A DNA stretch of 64,000 bases from Raillietiella orientalis (lineage: Eukaryota). Numbering within the stretch: position 1 is the first letter of the stretch; each line of letters begins with the position of its first letter. The stretch lies in assembly GCA_036172245.1 (NCBI GenBank), contig JAYWIR010000014.1, positions 2,294,001 to 2,358,000 of the forward strand. Reading direction: 5' to 3'. Below the pieces are notes generated by a model. That model was not told the DNA's origin, did not search any database, and was given only the letters and a program-made list of their open reading frames with translations. Positions 59,390 to 64,000 of this stretch are shown piece after piece. A program made the translations under genes and the position numbers.

Positions 59390-62173
59390 TCAGGCAAAGG
59401 GGTGCTTCTCACATAAGTGGGAACTTCCGCTGAGGATTTCATTTGGTTGGCTCTTCGTGTGTCCCACTCCCAGGTGGCAGTACGCTCTGGTGCCCGCCCT
59501 TCCTACACGCTGGGCCGTCCTGAGCCACCAGTGTCGACTCCATGTGGGAGGAGTGCCGCCACGCCAGGAGGATGGAACTGTTCCTGCTCATGGCCCTGGA
59601 CCACATGGAGATTCTCCCGATTTGGAAGCGTCTTGAGGTGTCCCTCTGCCAGTCGGACGACGCTCCCAAAATTCTCCATTGATGTCGGTTCGCTCAGAAC
59701 AAAGCCCCTCCGTCTGAAGCGATGGTGCAGAGCACGTGGCACAATCACGGCACGCCTGGCAAACCGGCACCAACGCAGGACTGCTCCCATCCCTACTCTG
59801 AGAAGTGAGCAGACTGGGCAACTGACCACGCCCTAATTGGCGAGCTGAAGGACGATCTCCCCTGCGCCATTCGCGGATCGCGGCCCCAGGGACTTGCAGT
59901 CGACGACTTTTGAATCATTTCTTGTTTGCTGTTCCCACCAACTCTTAGTGCACCCCCTCATCACAGCGGTTCAAGAGCGAGAGCTGCCCGCCCTCGAGCT
60001 ACGTGATTTCAGCAGGAACGTGGTTTACTTACTTCTTCTCCTCTTCGAAAAGGGAAGTGCCTCAGGAGTGACCTTCTCATCCCGGATTGCCGGACCACTC
60101 GTCCGAAATAGGGAAATAGCATTCGCTCAAGAAAGAAAGCACCCTCTCCTTCCGGTTAGGCTGGATTGGTCAATGGAGATGGAACGAGAGAGGAAGAAAA
60201 GGAAGGAGAGGAGAGAGCAATCAAATAAATAACATAAATAACAAACAACGAAGCAGCGATGATTGTGGAAGGACCGGGTATGAGTGAGAGAGAGGTACAA
60301 TAAAGAGATAAATAGCGAATGATAAGAATCGGTCCTGCGATCCTCAGCGAGGTTCCCGTGGACCTGCGTCGGGCATGGGAGCGAGGGGGCGGGATGATGT
60401 TGCGCTCACTGGTGTCGGGTTCGTCTGCCCCCAAATCGCCCGAAGGTCTCCTTGAGGCTCCAGGTCGGGCCGTTTGGCCGCTTTCCGCCTGCGGGAGTCG
60501 ACGATCACACGCGGCTTCTTGGGACGACGGCCATGCCCTTCCTCCATTTCGGCGATCTCCGTCGCTCGGAAAGAGTGGCAGCAGAAGAATCGCCAGCGAG
60601 CCTGTAGATGCGAACGTGTCAGGGTCGCCGGGGATGAACCCGTGGGTCACCCTAGGGCAGTTTCCACTCTTTAGTGCCACCCGTTCCTCTCCCTCGTTGA
60701 TCTGGAGGTGGTGGAGGCGTCCGTCAGCTCCGCTCCGCACGCAAGGGGAGTCCTCTTTCGTCTCGCTCGGGGGTCTCCGCCTCCCGGACGCGTAGAGTCT
60801 CCTGTTGCCGTAAGGTCACACAGAAAGGCCTCGTTTCCTGCGACCTATCTCTCCCCTATTGTTGCTTCACATTATCACTTCTATTGATTTAACCCTTTGG
60901 GTGCGGAGCGCATCAGATTGAAACATCCTGTGCTGAGGGCACGCGAGTCGCAGCTGCGATTTCTGTGGACGGAATGCTTTTCCGCGTACCGCGTACTCTA
61001 TCGAGATAGCGGCTGACTACATAGAGTGCTGATTAAAGTTACTATTATAATTGTTTATTTACACCACATTAAATAAAATATTCCCATTTTTCCCAAACAC
61101 ATATTATTTACTTGAAAATTATAATTCGAATAAATCAATAATTCATTCACATTTTTAAGATATTTTTGTGATGAAAAACAATATAATAAGTCATATACGT
61201 CACCGAGAAGGACGGAGGGTAGTTAGCCGATATAAATAGAATTTTGTTTACTGTCGTTGCTAAGGTAATTACAAGAACGCTAAGTGTATGTGTCCATCTC
61301 AAACATTGATAGTCGCATGAACACGGTAAAAACGTTTGCCAAACGCATATATGAGTCCATAGCACTTAGACAGTTGACTATTTTTTACCTTCTCCCAAAT
61401 TCCCATCGAGGGCTCGAATAGCAGCCGATTTGAGTCGGCGGGCCTGCTGCGACCACTGGACGCGCGTAGGCGCTGCTGCCCAGCCTCAACCTTTCTAGAA
61501 TGGATGCTTTGTTGAACACGTGCCAGCACAGGAAACCAGCCGGTGACCTGTCCGGCATTTCAGATGAAAAGTTTTCTGGGCATCAGTCCCAAAAGTACGC
61601 GACCTGTTCTGTTCGTCGGTCGGCAGACGCCGAAGAACTGGGGAAGAGCTGAGGTCACCGAGGCACCGCGGTTTCCGACGAACGAGGAAGAGAATCCACG
61701 CCCTCGAGCCCAGGAAGAGAGAAATGCGCAGAGGCGGCGATCCTCCTATCCCTTTGCCTCTCCATCCATAGTCTCGCAGTGCTTGCATCCCTGGATTCGG
61801 GATGCACCGCAGAGAGGATCCTTCCTGTCCAGGGAATTGCGAGGATCCGTCTGCGGGCTGAAACAGATCTGTGCGTTCTCCCTGGTCTCCTCAAGTTCTT
61901 CCTGCGGACCGACGAGCTTGTGCTTCGCAGCAGGCGTCCTCGAAAGTTTTCGGCAAGGTGGCAAAGTTTTCGGCAAGGCTTCCCGATTTGCTCCCGCCTG
62001 CCCGAAACTTCGTCCAAGTTGGTTGGCTGATTGGTTGGTTGCATTTGCTTTTAAACCGCACTAAGTGAGGAGGGGGGGGGGATTCGATGTTTGCATGTCT
62101 TCCTTTCCTTCAGGTTTTTTTTTGTTTTTTTTCATCGGTGGGAGGGAGGAGGCAAAACAGGATAAATCGGAGG

Positions 62174-62760
62174 TTTTTCACCCGGGTGAGCTGGGGCTTT
62201 TATTATTAAAATTTTTACAATAGAAAACATTTCATAATAAAGTCTTGATTTTTTCGTTGTTCTGCTTGTTTTTCAGTCGGGACATATGGCCCGACTGTCT
62301 TGAGGCACTTGTCCTTACCGACCCGCAGGCCGATAAGGTCCTCCACACTGGCGAAAGGGCGGGAAAAACAAAGATAAAACAAAAAAAAGAAAACGCCTGG
62401 GGGGTAATGTTCTTTGGGAGGGGGGGAAGGGAAGGGATCACGGTACGCCGTGAGGAGGCCTCTGCATCCGGTCACGGATGCGGACGAGTGCCTGTAAATG
62501 TTTTTGATGTCGGCGCCAACGGCAGGCCTTCTCTAAGGAGATGGCTGCCCAGTGGATGGCATTCCGACTGGTATGGCCTCTCCTTGACGCGGTCCACTTG
62601 TCCAGAATTCCGCATATGCAACAGAGCACTGCTACACACCCGGAAGCTGGCAAGGCGTCCCGCATCAGGAGTCGAAAGATGTTCTTCGGGTCGCCCCGCG
62701 GAATGTTCAAGATCGACGAGAGTCGGTCCCACATATCGCGCAGGGAGGTAGGCTCGGGAA
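62174..62760 (-). mobile_element. L1/Tx1-like retrotransposon 3' fragment, copy 7
   Basis: Terminal motif plus A5 tail. 3'UTR block caggccgataaggtcctccac resembles copy 2 (about 7021). C-terminal peptide AAISLEKACRW...RMQRPP matches the other copies. Confidence 0.7.
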
Positions 62761-63399
62761 CAAAGGTGATTTTGATTTTCCAATGGCACATGAGGAATCT
62801 GGAAAGATCGCACGCAGCCCAGAGAAACAAAACAAAACAAAACAAAACAACGCTCCTGGAAACCAAACCTAGAGGATTGTTACGTCTTGTATTGTTACTG
62901 AACTCGTATTGTTGCGTCACCAGCCCACTCTGATTCGTTCCCGATCCCGCGGGTTGTTTCAAAAGAGGTCCAGGGGATTCGTGCACATTCACGAGAAAAA
63001 CAACAACCAGGTGGTTCCCGGTTTCACGAGTGTGTAGGTGTTTGTTTCGGTCGTTCCTCGCGTGTCGTTCCCCACGTGTTCGGTTTGCAAATTCCCAAGC
63101 AGCGCGGTTTTTCAGACCGTTTTCGCAGCAGTGCTCGTCCTGTAGCTCTCCTCTCTGCAGCCTGGTTTCGGTAGATTTCGTGAATACAGCGTCCACATCA
63201 GGAGGAGAGAGAGCAGGATGCCACTCATCCCCGCTTCGTATGCCTACGGGTACTACCCTTTCCTTTGACGCTTCGTTACTTCTGACAGGCCACAAATGTT
63301 CGTTTCCTTCCAAAGAAGCGAAGAGCCCGAAGTGCGATTTATTGTCGTTAATTCCATAATAAGATCCTCTTTCATCTAATTACAGAAGAGTAATTTGCT

Positions 63400-63880
63400 C
63401 TTCCCGTTTTAGCATATGAATCGGTGGATGATGGAATTCCGAAATGAGTGACTGCAGTTCCGCTTCAGTGCACAGAAGCCATCAGGATCGGGGAATAACC
63501 CGTGCGTTTATACGAAAAGGTTGCATGGCTCCGTCTTCGGCGCCGTTGCATTCATATGACTCCAGGAATAAGAAGAATGATGCGAGCACCTGATGCCAAC
63601 GCGTTTAGCAACCGCAATGGCTTCAGCAATTCAGTTCTAAGGCGCCGGATCGTGAACGTTTTCATAACGATTTGGCCAGGAGGAAGCTCAGATTTGCGAA
63701 CTGTTGCTATCCAAAGAGGATGCTTCAGCTTGCTTTTTCTGAAAACTCGAGGGTTTCTTCTGATGCGCACCTTCTTCCTAGCTCCACGAACGTATTTGTA
63801 TGTGTCCAGAGTAATTTTCCCCATCACTTTGTCTCGCTTCGACATGGCAACGAGGAACGAAAAGCATCATTTATTTTTGC
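63400..63880 (-). pseudogene. Degenerate hAT-like transposase relic
   Basis: LFVPRCH (63864-63844), DTYKYVRGARKK, C*TRWHQVLASFFLFLESYE (TRW at 63604-63596), then WLLCTEAELQSLISEFH. Confidence 0.5.
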
Positions 63881-64000
63881 TCTGCAAGTCTTGTATAATT
63901 TTGCGAAAAATGTTTACTCGAGAAAATGAGGCGAAAAGGAAGGAAGGAAAGGTTCGGAAGGAAGGATGGAGGAAATCTGCTGATTTCTGCAGCAGCATCG

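Noticed and set aside
61943..61978. Tandem AAAGTTTTCGGCAAGG x2
   Set aside because: Only two units; a simple slippage duplication.

Overview
Eukaryotic (animal, probably arthropod; taxon inferred only from protein resemblance) GC-rich genomic DNA, not prokaryotic. The one well-supported gene is a 10-exon TMTC2-type protein O-mannosyltransferase (multi-pass GT-C membrane domain plus C-terminal TPRs) on the + strand, 8716-31846. All nine introns are GT-AG and phase-compatible, giving about 918 aa from the ATG at 8716, with AATAAA at 31943. The rest is mostly decayed transposons: (i) seven 5'-truncated copies of an L1/Tx1-like non-LTR retrotransposon family sharing an AATAAA + ~20-nt hairpin-like 3' terminal motif; (ii) about seven heavily eroded, frameshifted hAT-like transposase relics recognised by motif order (moderate to low confidence); (iii) unclassified dispersed repeats and a degenerate ~40-bp minisatellite. 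There is also an isolated textbook RFX X-box in a CpG-rich patch at 49.3 kb with no identified gene. Most ORFs in the supplied track look like GC-rich noise. I found no CRISPR array, rRNA or tRNA, and no evidence for a novel multi-gene system. All similarity calls are by eye; no searches were run.
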